Source of the DNA: a bacterium
GTDB lineage: Bacteria > UBA8248
Length of the DNA stretch: 64,000 bases
Assembly: GCA_965200245.1 (NCBI GenBank)
Contig: CBDATS010000004.1
Coordinates: 64,001-128,000 of the forward strand
Reading direction: 5' to 3'
Made by a program: the position numbers and the translations under genes. Below the pieces are notes generated by a model. That model was not told the origin of the DNA, did no database searches, and saw nothing but the letters and a program-made list of their open reading frames with translations. Positions 49,520 to 60,307 of this stretch are shown here, in pieces (the first letter of the stretch is position 1; each line of letters starts with the position of its first letter).

Positions 49520-50668
49520 GGATTCAAACCCTGCCTCCTGCTCAAAAGAAAGATGTCCTCATTGAGAGGCGAACAAAATGTCAATTTGAGCACATTAGTA
49601 ACACTTTTAGAGTCCCCCCGCAAAACGCAGGCATATGAGGGGCCAATCACCAAGATTCATCTCATCTGGCGAAGCCATCACTGCGCAATGCGTCGCAATT
49701 CTCGGACGCAAGGGCAAGTTCCGGCAACGCGTCCTCTATCATCATTTCGTTCTTGATTCGCTGGTGTCCTGCTTTGCCGGGATTGCAATCCTCGGCAAGA
49801 CATCACTCGTAGCCCGCGAAACAGAACCCCGGATATATAAGGCGCGGAATATCCCGCAGAAGGAAACGATGTTCCAGGCCTGTCGCAACCGATTGGTGAT
49901 CCTGCCTCCCACAGTGTGCCTGCTTCATTTGGCGAGTTGTTTCATATAAGGAATTTGATTGCCTCTCCTTTGACACAAACAAGAGTACGGATATATGTAA
50001 TCAGACTTTGCAGGAGGTGAGGATAGGGAAAAACTTGAGAAAGTGTTTGTCAACTTTCGGTTATAATTCCCTTTCGAAGGGAAGCAACCTAAAATACCGC
50101 CGATGGCCGATCCTTATACCGGAAAGGCCATGCAAGCGTCGCTGTTTCAAGAAAAAACCCGACCAATGTCCGCCCGCCAACTATAGTCTCTCAAGCACCT
50201 TTGCAAGTGCAACATTTGAATTCTTCAGACCCTCCGTATTCTCGGCCATCGTTTCCATGGTTCGGTGGAGAGCCTTTCACAACATCCACAATAAACCTGG
50301 CAAGTTGGGAAAATAATGCCATGGAAATTGCATAATCCGCAATGTTCGGTTTTGCTCTTGTATTTTCAAACTGACCCACTACCTTGTCTTTTGGTTTGTG
50401 GTTTTTTGCGGATCCACGTGATTGCTACTTGGCGAGCGCACCACTAGAAGAGCACAGGAGTCAACTCTGCGAACCCGACAACCCTGTTCAGGCAATAGAT
50501 GTGCACCTGTCTGTTCGCAATAATGAAATAAAAAACGAGAAAAACGTCAACAAATTTCTTGCCTTTTCATCGGAATATCCCATATCCTGCTCATGACAGC
50601 GATGCAAAAAAAAACGAAAGCATCGCGGGTATCAACCCATACTCATTTCCTGAGGACAGGAGACCGAC

Positions 50669-50926
50669 ATGAAATCCATTACCGAGATGCGCAATCACCT
50701 GCTCGAGAAGGCGGAGGTCAGCGAGGAGTTCCGCGCCCGCCTGATCTCTGACCCGAAGGCCGTGATATCCGAGGAGACCGGAATCACTCTTCCGGATGAC
50801 TGCAACCTCCATGTCGTGTCGGATGACGCGGAAAACGGCTATCTGGTGCTTCCGCCTTCGCCCCGGCTCACCGAGGAACAGCTGGCGTCCGTCCAGGGCG
50901 GATATTACAATAGGATATTTGACTAG
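50669..50926 (+). CDS. NHLP-leader RiPP precursor, diverged paralog, core YYNRIFD
   Basis: 85 aa; leader closely similar to the cassette copies, ending LTEEQLASVQGG; RBS AGGAG. Confidence 0.9.
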   Translation: MKSITEMRNHLLEKAEVSEEFRARLISDPKAVISEETGITLPDDCNLHVVSDDAENGYLVLPPSPRLTEEQLASVQGGYYNRIFD

Positions 50927-50929
50927 AAT

Positions 50930-51001
50930 GATACACCCGGCAACGCAAAAACCGGGGAATCAGGATATCAGGTCTTGCGGGATTTCAGTATGTGATTCCC
51001 C
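50930..51001 (+). repeat. Diverged terminal-repeat end of the NHLP cassette (third copy)
   Basis: GATACACCCGGCAACGCAAAAA...ATCAGGATATCAGGTCTTGCGGGATTTCAGTATGTGATTCCC resembles the reverse complement of 8368..8432 and 9017..9059; followed by AAAATTC as in copy 2. Confidence 0.7.
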
Positions 51002-51018
51002 AAAATTCGGCAGGGGAC

Positions 51019-51444
51019 TCAGTCGAAATCGTGTTGATGGTGTTGCTGTTCGTGCCACACTTTGCCGAGGGCGTGAATAACGTCCTCGGCAGTGATGATC
51101 CCCAGAAGTTCCGTTGGGTCCTCCCTGCTCACGACGGGCAGTCGTGATATGCTCCTGTCGCCCAGCTTCGCCATTACCGAATCAAGCGACTGATCCAGAT
51201 GGGCGTGCATGATGTATTTCTTCTTCGCAATCTCGCTCAAGGGCCTGTGCAGAATGCCTGCAGCCTGCGCCTGGCTGAAGTCGTAGTTGCTGGCCATTCC
51301 GGAAAGTCTCCCGTTCGCGTTCAGGACGGGATAGCCGGAAATGGTGCTTCCCCTCGTTCTTTCTATCGCCTCTTGTATCGTGATGTCCTCATCCGGTGCG
51401 TCGAACATCAGTTCGGACACTACATTCGTATTGAGAATCACCAC
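51019..51444 (-). pseudogene. Chimeric remnant: FitB/VapC PIN N-terminus fused to a CBS pair (ClC C-terminus-like)
   Basis: VVILNTNVVSELMFDAPD resembles the VapC/FitB start (ILDTNVVSELM); then GYPVL...G, SRLPVV...LLGIITAEDV CBS motifs. Confidence 0.7.
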
Positions 51445-51448
51445 CGAT

Positions 51449-51694
51449 TCAATCGAAGCGGGGCGGCTCACGCATTGCCTCTCGCGACGGGAACTCCAGT
51501 TCAACACCACTGAAGGGCTTGAACAGTTCGTTGATCGCCGTGCCCAGGTCCTTCACCGGCACGTCCACCCCTCCGACGGCCTCGCGCAGAATCAGACGCG
51601 CTTCCTCTTCCATGGAGCGACCGTTCTCGGCCGCTCGTATGCGCAACCGGGTCTTCACGTCATCGTCCAGATTGCGGATCGTGATGTTTGCCAT
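51449..51694 (-). CDS. FitA-like ribbon-helix-helix antitoxin
   Basis: MANITIRNLDDDVKTRLRIRAAENGRSMEEEARLIL signature. Confidence 0.88.
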   Translation of the reverse strand: MANITIRNLDDDVKTRLRIRAAENGRSMEEEARLILREAVGGVDVPVKDLGTAINELFKPFSGVELEFPSREAMREPPRFD

Positions 51695-51712
51695 CGATGT
51701 CCACTCCATTTT

Positions 51713-51726
51713 TGCTTCATGATGCA
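51713..51726. promoter_or_regulatory. Palindromic operator upstream of the fitA-like gene
   Basis: TGCTTCATGATGCA near-palindrome 19 nt upstream of the ATG, similar to FitAB-type TGCT.TCA half-sites. Confidence 0.5.
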
Positions 51727-52069
51727 ATCATATTATCGACTTTACAAAACTACACGATACTCCGATGTGGCCCCCTGGCGCGAACCACATCTTTGAGTCA
51801 CCGACGGCCGGGCAGAGTGCGAATCATTATAACGAAATAACGGGTCAGCCTGAGCGGCATCCCCTAAGCTCACCGTGCGCGGTTTGAAGAACATTCTTAT
51901 ACACAAGTCACGAATTGAAACGTTCTTCTCGACGGGCCCACTCCTGGAAATGATGCCTGTCCCCAAAATATCTCTCACGCCCTCGACCATGGGCCTGCAG
52001 CTTTTGGTGAACATCTTGCGTGAGGTCCCATGGCTGCGACAATGATGATTTCCTGCATGGGAGGACATA

Positions 52070-52260
52070 CCGCTGGCCCGGTGCGTGGGAGCGGTTACTG
52101 GGCGACCCTACCGGTCGCAGAGAGCATAGTCGATCCGAGTACATCGAGTAGCGGGTGTTCGAACAGGACCCCCCGAACCGTCGCTCAGGTTCCAGTCCGC
52201 ATCCTGGAGCAGTTTATCGATACCGGTACACGCAAATGCTTCGGTCGTACTTCTCATGTG
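52070..52260 (-). pseudogene. Degraded N-terminal fragment of a type I restriction enzyme R subunit (HsdR-like)
   Basis: TEAF...IDKLLQDADWNLSDG...DYALCDR*GRP resembles HsdR N-termini (E..R..ID..L..AGW...ADY.L); contains stop/frameshift. Confidence 0.5.
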
Positions 52261-52892
52261 TCCTCTCATGAGCGGAGACCTCGACGCCGAGGACATTGAG
52301 CGTCGCGCACACACGAATCTTCACGTCGTCATGGTTGCAGGTCTTGATGTCTGTCATGACCACGCTTCCAATCACCGGGAAACCCAATCTACGCGGTGCT
52401 TGCGGCGCCATCAATATCCAGCAAACGAACGTGCCTGACGAAGTTGGTCACCACAACGACTTGATCACACCGACGGTCGCCAGCGGAATACGTTCGGGCG
52501 AACAGTGACCATCAATACAGAATACAGTTGATTCAATTCCGGCGAAATTTTCCGGGCCAGGCTGAAAGTCGTCCAGATACCGGGATTTCGGTCCTTATTC
52601 GCGTTCAGAATGGCGTCGCCCACCCGTAGGAGAACATCGGATACAGAAACCTCATCAGATGCGTCGGGGACGCCGTCGTCTGTCAGGAGTTTCACGAACA
52701 GGAGAATATACGCTTAACCAGCCAAGGTCCGTTTCTGCCTTGTTTTTGCAAACTTGAATCGGGCTTCTTTACAGCAGAGAAGATCGCGCGGATAACCTGC
52801 TCCGGTGATGTGTTGAATCTTCGGAAGTCGACCTCGAGAGCGAACAGGAGTTGATCTCTGCTTGTCCGGCATGATGTTTCCAGGCGACAGCT

Positions 52893-53294
52893 TTAATTGC
52901 TCAAAATATAGAAGTCATCATACATGGTTATATGAAACGCAGATATAAAGTCCATGCCGAGAAGAACATCGTGATTGCCCGGCTCATACGGGAGCAGGCC
53001 AGCCTCTGAATCCTTGCCGCGCAAAACCAAATGCCTGCCTGGCTCCCCGCCAGGCAAAGCGAGATTGCTCTCCATTGGAATATCAATCCTCACTCCATGT
53101 TTCTCCGTCTCTACGGGGCTTCCCGTTACTGGAGTGATCCGCATGTGACCAATAGCATTCAACCCCGCAGATTTTACAACCTTTTTGGAAAGAACCAGAT
53201 CGACCGACTGCGCCATGGGTATTTCTTCGATGGCGGCAGCAAGGCGGGCCTGTTCGGTCAGGATGAGATGGCTACCGAACAGTGCGATGGCCAT
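52893..53294 (-). pseudogene. Retropepsin-like aspartyl protease remnant
   Basis: C-terminal DVLLGMDFI motif and S.KVV...GL...G segment; catalytic DTG not found. Confidence 0.4.
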
Positions 53295-53662
53295 ATCTGA
53301 AGTTCAGGTGTCGTTCTCGTGGCTTCAGAGCCGAACAACACGGTACGATCCACTCGACGTGAAAGCGATGGAAGCGATCCTTGCCGATTTCGAGAGATGC
53401 GTATTGTGGCCAATGTGAAGCATAGAAGCATAATGAATGCTTGGCCCTCGTTCTGCCCCGTGAGCATGGGTTTCGGTCCATGATGCTGCCTGCCTTGAGC
53501 GGTCGAGACCACCGGGCAGGGACACCCTTGCGGATGAAGTTCATTATACTCAAGGGAGGGTTCGTCGCGGTGCGATTGCCTTGGCGGGACAGGCAGTGTC
53601 TTCCGAGAGATTGGCTTGCTTCCGTAGCGGGGAGGTGCCTTGTCCATGCAGCCCTGCTGCCG

Positions 53663-55063
53663 TCATCCCGTCCTGCCCAGATACGTCAGACAATCGTTCG
53701 CTGCCTTGATGCTGCTCGACATCACCCCGTTTACGCTTGGGCTGTTGATCCAGCCTCCTGCAAAGAACAATCCGTGCACCTTCGGCACTTCATTGTCGAG
53801 CATGTCGTGAATTTCGGTCAGCACCTTTCCGGGAACCAGGCACCCAGTCTCCGCCCAGCGATAGACACGGGTGAAAATCGGCTCGACACCATCCATTTTC
53901 GGCCAGAACCGCCGGATTTCATCCACGATGCGCTTCGCAATCTCCTCATCGTCCAGCTTGAACAGTTCACGCGCGTAGTCGGCCATGACCAGGACATGAT
54001 ACATGAATTTGCCGTCAGGGACGCTGTCCGGCGTGATCAGTCGATTGTTCTCGACTGCGGTCAGCATCGTGTCGACCTCTTCCTTGAACACGGCCGCGTA
54101 GGCAAAGGCGGGCAGAAGCTCGACGTCAAGCCCCATGGCCATCTTGATGCACGGCTCGGAGGTGACTTTCGACAGTACGTCCGGGATGCTTGATGGCCCG
54201 TTGCGCAACATGGCCGGTATCCGGCTGGCGGGTGCGCAGCAAATGACGGCATCTGCCTCGATCGTCTCGCCGGTCGTGGTGCGGACTCCCTTGACCTGGC
54301 TGTTGTCGATCACGATCTCCTCTACCGCGGTCGAGATGCGGATGTGGTCCCGGTACCTGTCCGTCAGCGCGGTACAGAGTTCGCTGACACCACGGGATGG
54401 CAGTTGCACGTCCGACTCCGGCCCGGTATTGATGGAGAAATTCCAGAGCATCGTCATGGCCACTGCCGGACTCATTTGATCGGGGCTCCCGCCTGTGTAG
54501 CCGCGCAAATCATTTCTCAGGAAATCACGCAGACAATCAGCCATTCCGTTTGCCTTCATGTATTCCGTGAAACTGGCGTGCGCATCCAGGTGGAGCAGCA
54601 GCCTGGAGTCATTGATGGAAAGGCTGTCCTTCAGCGAATTCAAATGGTTGCGGAACCGGGCAAACTGCATCAGTGATTTCGGCGTGCCGAGGCCGAACGC
54701 AAGGGCCTTGAGTGTGTGCAGCTTATCCCATATCGAACCAAAAGGAGACATCGTATGAAACTTTCCGTTGTTGTAAACAAGTCCGGCTTTCTTGAAGGTC
54801 GGCGTATGTAACGGCAGGTTCAGGTCTGCGGCAATCGACTTGACAGAGTCATACGACGCGAGGAACAGGGAGGCGGCACGGTCGATAATGAAGCCTTCCA
54901 CTTCGTCGCGTCCTATCCGGCCACCGATGAAGTCGCGTTCTTCTAGGGCGGCGACCTCGAGATCCGGGTTTTCCTTCAACAGGCAATGCGTTGCCGCCAG
55001 TCCACCCGTGCCGGCACCGACAATGGCGACTTTCTGGTCACGACCAGAACTCAAGTCATTCAT
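53663..55063 (-). CDS. FAD-dependent oxidoreductase (amine oxidase/protoporphyrinogen oxidase family)
   Basis: VAIVGAGTGGL, E....IGGR, EADAVI, LFFAGGW. Confidence 0.85.
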   Translation of the reverse strand: MNDLSSGRDQKVAIVGAGTGGLAATHCLLKENPDLEVAALEERDFIGGRIGRDEVEGFIIDRAASLFLASYDSVKSIAADLNLPLHTPTFKKAGLVYNNGKFHTMSPFGSIWDKLHTLKALAFGLGTPKSLMQFARFRNHLNSLKDSLSINDSRLLLHLDAHASFTEYMKANGMADCLRDFLRNDLRGYTGGSPDQMSPAVAMTMLWNFSINTGPESDVQLPSRGVSELCTALTDRYRDHIRISTAVEEIVIDNSQVKGVRTTTGETIEADAVICCAPASRIPAMLRNGPSSIPDVLSKVTSEPCIKMAMGLDVELLPAFAYAAVFKEEVDTMLTAVENNRLITPDSVPDGKFMYHVLVMADYARELFKLDDEEIAKRIVDEIRRFWPKMDGVEPIFTRVYRWAETGCLVPGKVLTEIHDMLDNEVPKVHGLFFAGGWINSPSVNGVMSSSIKAANDCLTYLGRTG

Positions 55064-55319
55064 GAATGGTTCCCTCCAGGTAGTTTGACCTATTCAAACC
55101 GTATTCCGGTTGCCGACATGAATATTATATACAATCTTAACGCAAAGGAGCAACAGATAGTCTGCCCGCCGTTGGATAAGAATATCTGGGAATAATTCTG
55201 CAAAGTTAACAAAATCCATTTAATATAGATATCATGATCCGCCGTTGACGCCTGACAGGGTCGCGACGGCGCTCCTGAAGGCGAGGTCGTGATTTCGGAA
55301 GTATCGCGGCAGAACTCCG

Positions 55320-56573
55320 CTAGAAGCTGTACGTCAGGTTCAGGGCGACGAAGCTGTCCCGCCTCGTATCGTAGGTGATGTCCTCCCTGTCGACATCCAC
55401 GAGAGCGATGGCCTCGAACTTCATGGACCACTGATCCGAGAGGCGTCGTTTCCACTCGACGCTCAGAATGCGTGTCGTATAATCCATGTCGGCGAGCACG
55501 CCCGCGATGAGTTCTGTGCTCTGGGCGTCGTTGAACCCGACCCGAACGGCGAGGAAGAGGTCGTTCTGGAACTCGGAACTCGAAAGCCCTTCGCGCCCGT
55601 CGTGGTTCCATTCGACGAGCAGGCCGAGGTCGGCGGGCGAACCCCGGATGGAATAGAAGGTGTATTCACCGCCGAGAACGAAGGCGGCAAAGTCCTCCCT
55701 TGCGCCGAGGCGGTTTCGCGCGCCTGTGCGGTGAATGGCCTCGAGCTTGAGCAGCCAGGACTCCAGGGTGAGCTGGGCGTCCACGCCGAACTGGCGAATC
55801 CCGTCGTAGTGATGCCGCAGGCTCGCCCCGCCGCGCGCATCGAAATGCGGCCGGATGGAAGGCTCCCGGCTCGTGCCGTCGAATACGCTCAGGCCCAGGT
55901 CGAGAGGTCCGAGGCTGCGGGTCAGGCGGGCGGCGAGGTCCACGTGCCACTCCCCGGCGGCGCTTTCGTATGTCACGCCCTCCTTGTCTACGGGAATCGG
56001 GAGACGCAGGCGGCCGTGGGGACCCGGGAAGGTACGCACGCGGTGCCCGGTCATGGCGAAGAGTTCCAGTATCCCCCACTCCGCCGACCACGTGAGATGG
56101 GCCATGGGCTGGCCCAGCTTGGTCTCCTTATTCGGATGTTCGACGAGGTCGGTCTGGTTGATGATGTCGACGAGGTGCTGGGATTCCGTGACGCCCCAGA
56201 ACACGCGGTCCACCCCCAGGCGGAACTCCCATTCTCCCCCTTTGGTAGCACCGTATGTTAGAAGATAGGCTTCGCGCAGGTCGGCGTGCGTGCGGCGCGG
56301 GTCCGCCGCGTCGTAGCGGGCGAACGGGGCGATGGTGACGCTCCAGTTGCCCGCGCCCTTGAGGTGGAGTCTGGGCTCCGCGACGAAACCGCTCGCGTGC
56401 GCGCGCTGTCCGGGGTGTGCGTTGGAGCGGGGATACCAGCGGCCCTCGACCCCGAGACTCCCCGAAAGCTCGTGTCCGGTGCTTTCGGCCCCGTGGCCCG
56501 CCCCCGCGAGGAAGAGCACGGCCCCTATCGAGAAGGCAGCGAGCGCGCAGCGCAGGGCGACGCGCATCGCCAT
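55320..56573 (-). CDS. Outer-membrane beta-barrel protein of MMPL-associated clusters
   Basis: Signal peptide; DLREAY, VFWGVTES.HLVDIINQTD; C-terminal LTYSF; TGATG coupling with the upstream gene. Confidence 0.8.
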   Translation of the reverse strand: MAMRVALRCALAAFSIGAVLFLAGAGHGAESTGHELSGSLGVEGRWYPRSNAHPGQRAHASGFVAEPRLHLKGAGNWSVTIAPFARYDAADPRRTHADLREAYLLTYGATKGGEWEFRLGVDRVFWGVTESQHLVDIINQTDLVEHPNKETKLGQPMAHLTWSAEWGILELFAMTGHRVRTFPGPHGRLRLPIPVDKEGVTYESAAGEWHVDLAARLTRSLGPLDLGLSVFDGTSREPSIRPHFDARGGASLRHHYDGIRQFGVDAQLTLESWLLKLEAIHRTGARNRLGAREDFAAFVLGGEYTFYSIRGSPADLGLLVEWNHDGREGLSSSEFQNDLFLAVRVGFNDAQSTELIAGVLADMDYTTRILSVEWKRRLSDQWSMKFEAIALVDVDREDITYDTRRDSFVALNLTYSF

Positions 56574-57376
56574 CAGCGTACCCGTCTCAGGCCGGTTCGC
56601 GTGAATTCGCTCTCCCTGAGACCGGTGCGGAATTTGTAGTCCTTCCAGCGCAGCACGGTGCTCTTGCCCGTCTGGTGGTTCACCATCTTCATCTCGTGCG
56701 ACTGCCAGAACCTGTCCAGAAACTTCCTGTACTTGCTGAACGTCAGCGTCTTCAGGTGCGAGTTCTTCCGGTCGTAGTACTGGATCTTCCAGGCGCGAAG
56801 CTCGTCCCTGTCCTGCCAGACGACCTGGCGCGTGTAGCCCGAACGCCTGTCCGTCGGGAAGCGTTCCACGACCGTGCACGTCAGCTTCCCGCAGGGCTCC
56901 TCCCCCCGGTAGCGGTAGGTGAACTTCTCGACCTCCTGGGTCCCCATGTCCTCGTAGGAGAACTCGCTGCCCATGAACGAGCCCGACCGGTTCGACGAAC
57001 TGATGCGCTTCACCCGCTTGAGGGCGGGCAGGTAGAGCCACTGGTCGTCGCCCCTGTCCCTGTGGGAGTGGACGAGCAGGGCCGTGCCCTTCACGTCGCG
57101 CGGGCGGTCGAAGACGAACAGGCTCTTGTTGCCGCCCCCTTCCGTCTCGAGAGTCTTCACGCGAAGCTGGCGGCGGCTCTCCTGTCCCTGCCTGTTGCGA
57201 AGCACCATGCTCTGCTCGGCCGTGAAGTTGCCGAAGCCCCTGCCTCTCTCGCGGGTCTCGCGGGCGATCCGGAGGCCCTGCTCCTCGGGCGTCGCGGCAT
57301 CCGCGCCCGGCGCAGACGGATGCACCAAGGCGTACAGGAACACCGGAAGAAGCAGGAGTGACAGTCGGGTGATCAT
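56573..57376 (-). CDS. Outer membrane lipoprotein-sorting (LolA-like) protein
   Basis: PRDVKGTALL, DDQWLYLPALKRVKRI, SFMGSEFSYED. Confidence 0.9.
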   Translation of the reverse strand: MITRLSLLLLPVFLYALVHPSAPGADAATPEEQGLRIARETRERGRGFGNFTAEQSMVLRNRQGQESRRQLRVKTLETEGGGNKSLFVFDRPRDVKGTALLVHSHRDRGDDQWLYLPALKRVKRISSSNRSGSFMGSEFSYEDMGTQEVEKFTYRYRGEEPCGKLTCTVVERFPTDRRSGYTRQVVWQDRDELRAWKIQYYDRKNSHLKTLTFSKYRKFLDRFWQSHEMKMVNHQTGKSTVLRWKDYKFRTGLRESEFTRTGLRRVR

Positions 57377-59649
57377 GGTTTCCTCCGATCGAAACGCATC
57401 AGCAGCGTCGGCAGAAAAAAGAAGTCGGTGAGGAGCCCGAGGCTGAGCATGAGTGTCACCATCAGGCCGAGCATCCAGATTCCCTCGTAGCCCGAGGTAG
57501 CGAACAGGGCGAAGCCCACTGAGAGGACCACGCTCGTGGTCCAAAGCGCATGGCCCACGGCGGAGAAGGTGCTACGCACGGCATCAGGTGCAGAGAGGCC
57601 GTCGCGACGAGCTTGCAAGTATTTACTCATAAAGTGAATTGTGTCGTCCACGATGATTCCGAAAGCGATAGCGGTCGTCACTGAGGTGGTAAGGCTGATG
57701 CGGCCGACTGCAAAGCCCCAAAGCCCGAAACCCATAGCCGGGGGAATGAAGTTGGGAACCAGGCTGATGAGCCCCAAGCGCCAGCTTTTGAAAACCCAGA
57801 TCAGGATGAGCGAGATGATCAGCATTCCGATGAACGTGCCACGCAGCATGTTTTTCATGTTACGCAAAGTGAGATGTGCGTAAACCATGGTCAAGCCTGA
57901 TGCTTCGGTTGCGAAGTCGGGTATGTTGGCGCGGAGCCAGTTTTGGACGCGTGCGTCGAATTCGCGCATACTGCGCGCCGAGAGGTCGATGAGCGTGAGG
58001 GTCATGCGTGTGGTGGACTTGGCGGCGTCGATGCGGTCGTTAAGATCGCCGCCGAACGGGATCGAAAACTCGTAGAGTAGCAGGTATTGCGCGGCAAGTT
58101 TGGAGTCGTTCGGCAACCGGTAGAAAGTCGGATCGTCGCCGTTCATGTTTCTGTTCAGGCGCTTCATGATGTCGGCGAAGGAACGGACATGGTTTACTTC
58201 AGGTTGCTTCCGTGCCCATTCGGCAAAAGTGTCGACTCTCTTCAGGTATTCAGGGTCGGCAATTCCCCCTTCCCTGCCCGATTTCAGCGAGTACTCCATA
58301 GCATTCAGGCCGGTCAGGTTTTTGTTGATGAAATCAGTATCACGCCGGAACTGATAGCGTTCGTCGAACTGCGCCGTCCACTTGTCGCTCATTTCGTTTT
58401 TGGGAATGCCGGTGAGCAGAATGAGCGTCAGGATTACGGTGAACCAGAGCAGGGGCGTGCGACGCTTCACTATGAATTCGCCGAAACGTTCAAAGAAGAG
58501 AGATTGCCCTTCGAGGGTTCGACGCGCACGTAGCGGCAGGATCGAAAGCAACGCTGGCAAGAGAGTCATAGAGTAGGAGAAAATACACAGCACCCCGAAC
58601 GCCGCGAGATTGCCCGTTTCTCGAATGGGCAGCGAATCGGAAGCGTTCAGGCTCAGAAAACCGATCCCCGTCGTAATGGAAGTCAGAAACACCGGCCAGG
58701 CGTTAGCGCGGAGTGATTCGGCCACCGCCGCGCTCCTGTCGAGTCCGCGACGCATATACGATAGGGTTGTCGAAATGATGTGTATCGAATGGGCCACGGC
58801 GATTACGATGATGATGATTGGCACGGCGGCTTCGATGGGAGAGAGTGCCACGCCGAGCCAGCCTGCGACCCCCAAGGCAGTATTCATGGAGAAAACGGTT
58901 ATGACGATGATTATCAAGGTACCGAGCAACGTGCGGAGGAGAAGAGCCGTGCCGAGGATCACGACACAAAAAACAATTGGCGTCGTGATCCTCAGCCCGT
59001 CTTTCATGGCTACGGCCGCGACATGATTGTAGACGACATCGCCGGTCATGTAGTAGGCGATTCCCGGATGGCGTGTACGGGCTTTCGCTAACATGGTGTC
59101 GAGGTAGTTCGCCACCTCGGTCACCATGTTGCCTTTCGTTTGAGGCTTGATGAAAGTGATCGCCACCCCGGCTACACGGGCGTCACGCGAAACAAGGCGT
59201 CCGGCGAGGTCAGTCGAGCTAAGCGCGATTTTCCGGATGGACGCCAGGTCTGCATCGCTCAGCGAGCGCGCGTCGTCCACGAGCGGTTTGACGATGAGTT
59301 CATCTCCCTCAGCCCGGCTGTGGTTGTAGTTGGTGAGGGAGTCCACCCTGCTGGAATGAGGGGCCTTCCATGCGGTTTCGGTCAATTCCTCAATGGCGCG
59401 TAGCGTCTCGCGCGTGAACACCGAACCCTCTTTGGGGGCAATGGCGATGAGGGCCGTGTTGGACGCAGAAAATGTGTTTTCCAGCGCTTCCAAGTTGCTG
59501 AGTTGCGGGTTGTCCTTTCCCAGCATAATACGGAAGTCATCCGCCGCCGTAAGATATCCCGCACCTATCGTAGCGAGTAACATCAAAAGGGAAGTGAACG
59601 CCACGACGAGCCACCGACGTCGTAGAATAATGTCAATGTAGCGAGCCAA
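57373..59649 (-). CDS. MMPL/RND family transporter
   Basis: Two TM repeats, LTSITTGIGF, GIIVDDTIHF; TTG start. Confidence 0.9.
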   Translation of the reverse strand: MARYIDIILRRRWLVVAFTSLLMLLATIGAGYLTAADDFRIMLGKDNPQLSNLEALENTFSASNTALIAIAPKEGSVFTRETLRAIEELTETAWKAPHSSRVDSLTNYNHSRAEGDELIVKPLVDDARSLSDADLASIRKIALSSTDLAGRLVSRDARVAGVAITFIKPQTKGNMVTEVANYLDTMLAKARTRHPGIAYYMTGDVVYNHVAAVAMKDGLRITTPIVFCVVILGTALLLRTLLGTLIIIVITVFSMNTALGVAGWLGVALSPIEAAVPIIIIVIAVAHSIHIISTTLSYMRRGLDRSAAVAESLRANAWPVFLTSITTGIGFLSLNASDSLPIRETGNLAAFGVLCIFSYSMTLLPALLSILPLRARRTLEGQSLFFERFGEFIVKRRTPLLWFTVILTLILLTGIPKNEMSDKWTAQFDERYQFRRDTDFINKNLTGLNAMEYSLKSGREGGIADPEYLKRVDTFAEWARKQPEVNHVRSFADIMKRLNRNMNGDDPTFYRLPNDSKLAAQYLLLYEFSIPFGGDLNDRIDAAKSTTRMTLTLIDLSARSMREFDARVQNWLRANIPDFATEASGLTMVYAHLTLRNMKNMLRGTFIGMLIISLILIWVFKSWRLGLISLVPNFIPPAMGFGLWGFAVGRISLTTSVTTAIAFGIIVDDTIHFMSKYLQARRDGLSAPDAVRSTFSAVGHALWTTSVVLSVGFALFATSGYEGIWMLGLMVTLMLSLGLLTDFFFLPTLLMRFDRRKP

Positions 59650-60307
59650 TTTTCGAATAGTTCCTCTTTATCAATAACTTCCTATGGGTTTGTGTGTTTT
59701 GCGCCACCTGACTCTCTTTGATAGTGAAATGGTTTTCGTGTCCTTGCCACGTCGCCATTCGGTGGTCCTTGGTGGCGTCGGCACTCTTCCGTTGGCACGG
59801 GCAGGTAGAATGTATGTAGTCGTTGAAAGAGGAATAGGTCTCTGGCAATGGGAAAATTCTCTTGTCGCATCTCGCATGCTTCCATTTTACCATACCACCG
59901 TGAATCAGGCCCTTTACTTCATGCCATTTCAATCGTTGCCTCAGTGTACCACATACACATTCTTCGTAGAAACCACGGTTGCCTGGACACAGGCGCCTTC
60001 GTGGTACGGACCGCTTCCACTTAAGCGGCGGGATGTTCAAGTCCTTTATAGTCTTTCGGGCGATGGTGCAAGATTCTGGAAAAGCGAAACTCACTGAACT
60101 CCACGCCGACCATACACCCTCCGGGGTGGTGCGCAGTTTCCAATGCCTTGATATCGAATTTGTCCCTTTGGTTGAATAGCGCTAAGAGCATTTGCTGGTC
60201 TGGACGCACAATCTACACGACAACAGTTCCGGGCCTTTCGATTATCCTGCTTTCCTTGCAGGGTTTTTCTTCAGATTTATCGTGTCGGGTCGAGGCGCAA
60301 GGATCGC

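Noticed and set aside
50191-50379. Small ORF ending GG-SEEFKCCTCKGA as another RiPP precursor
   Set aside because: No recognisable leader family or clear RBS, and it overlaps the putative degenerate cassette end; probably spurious.
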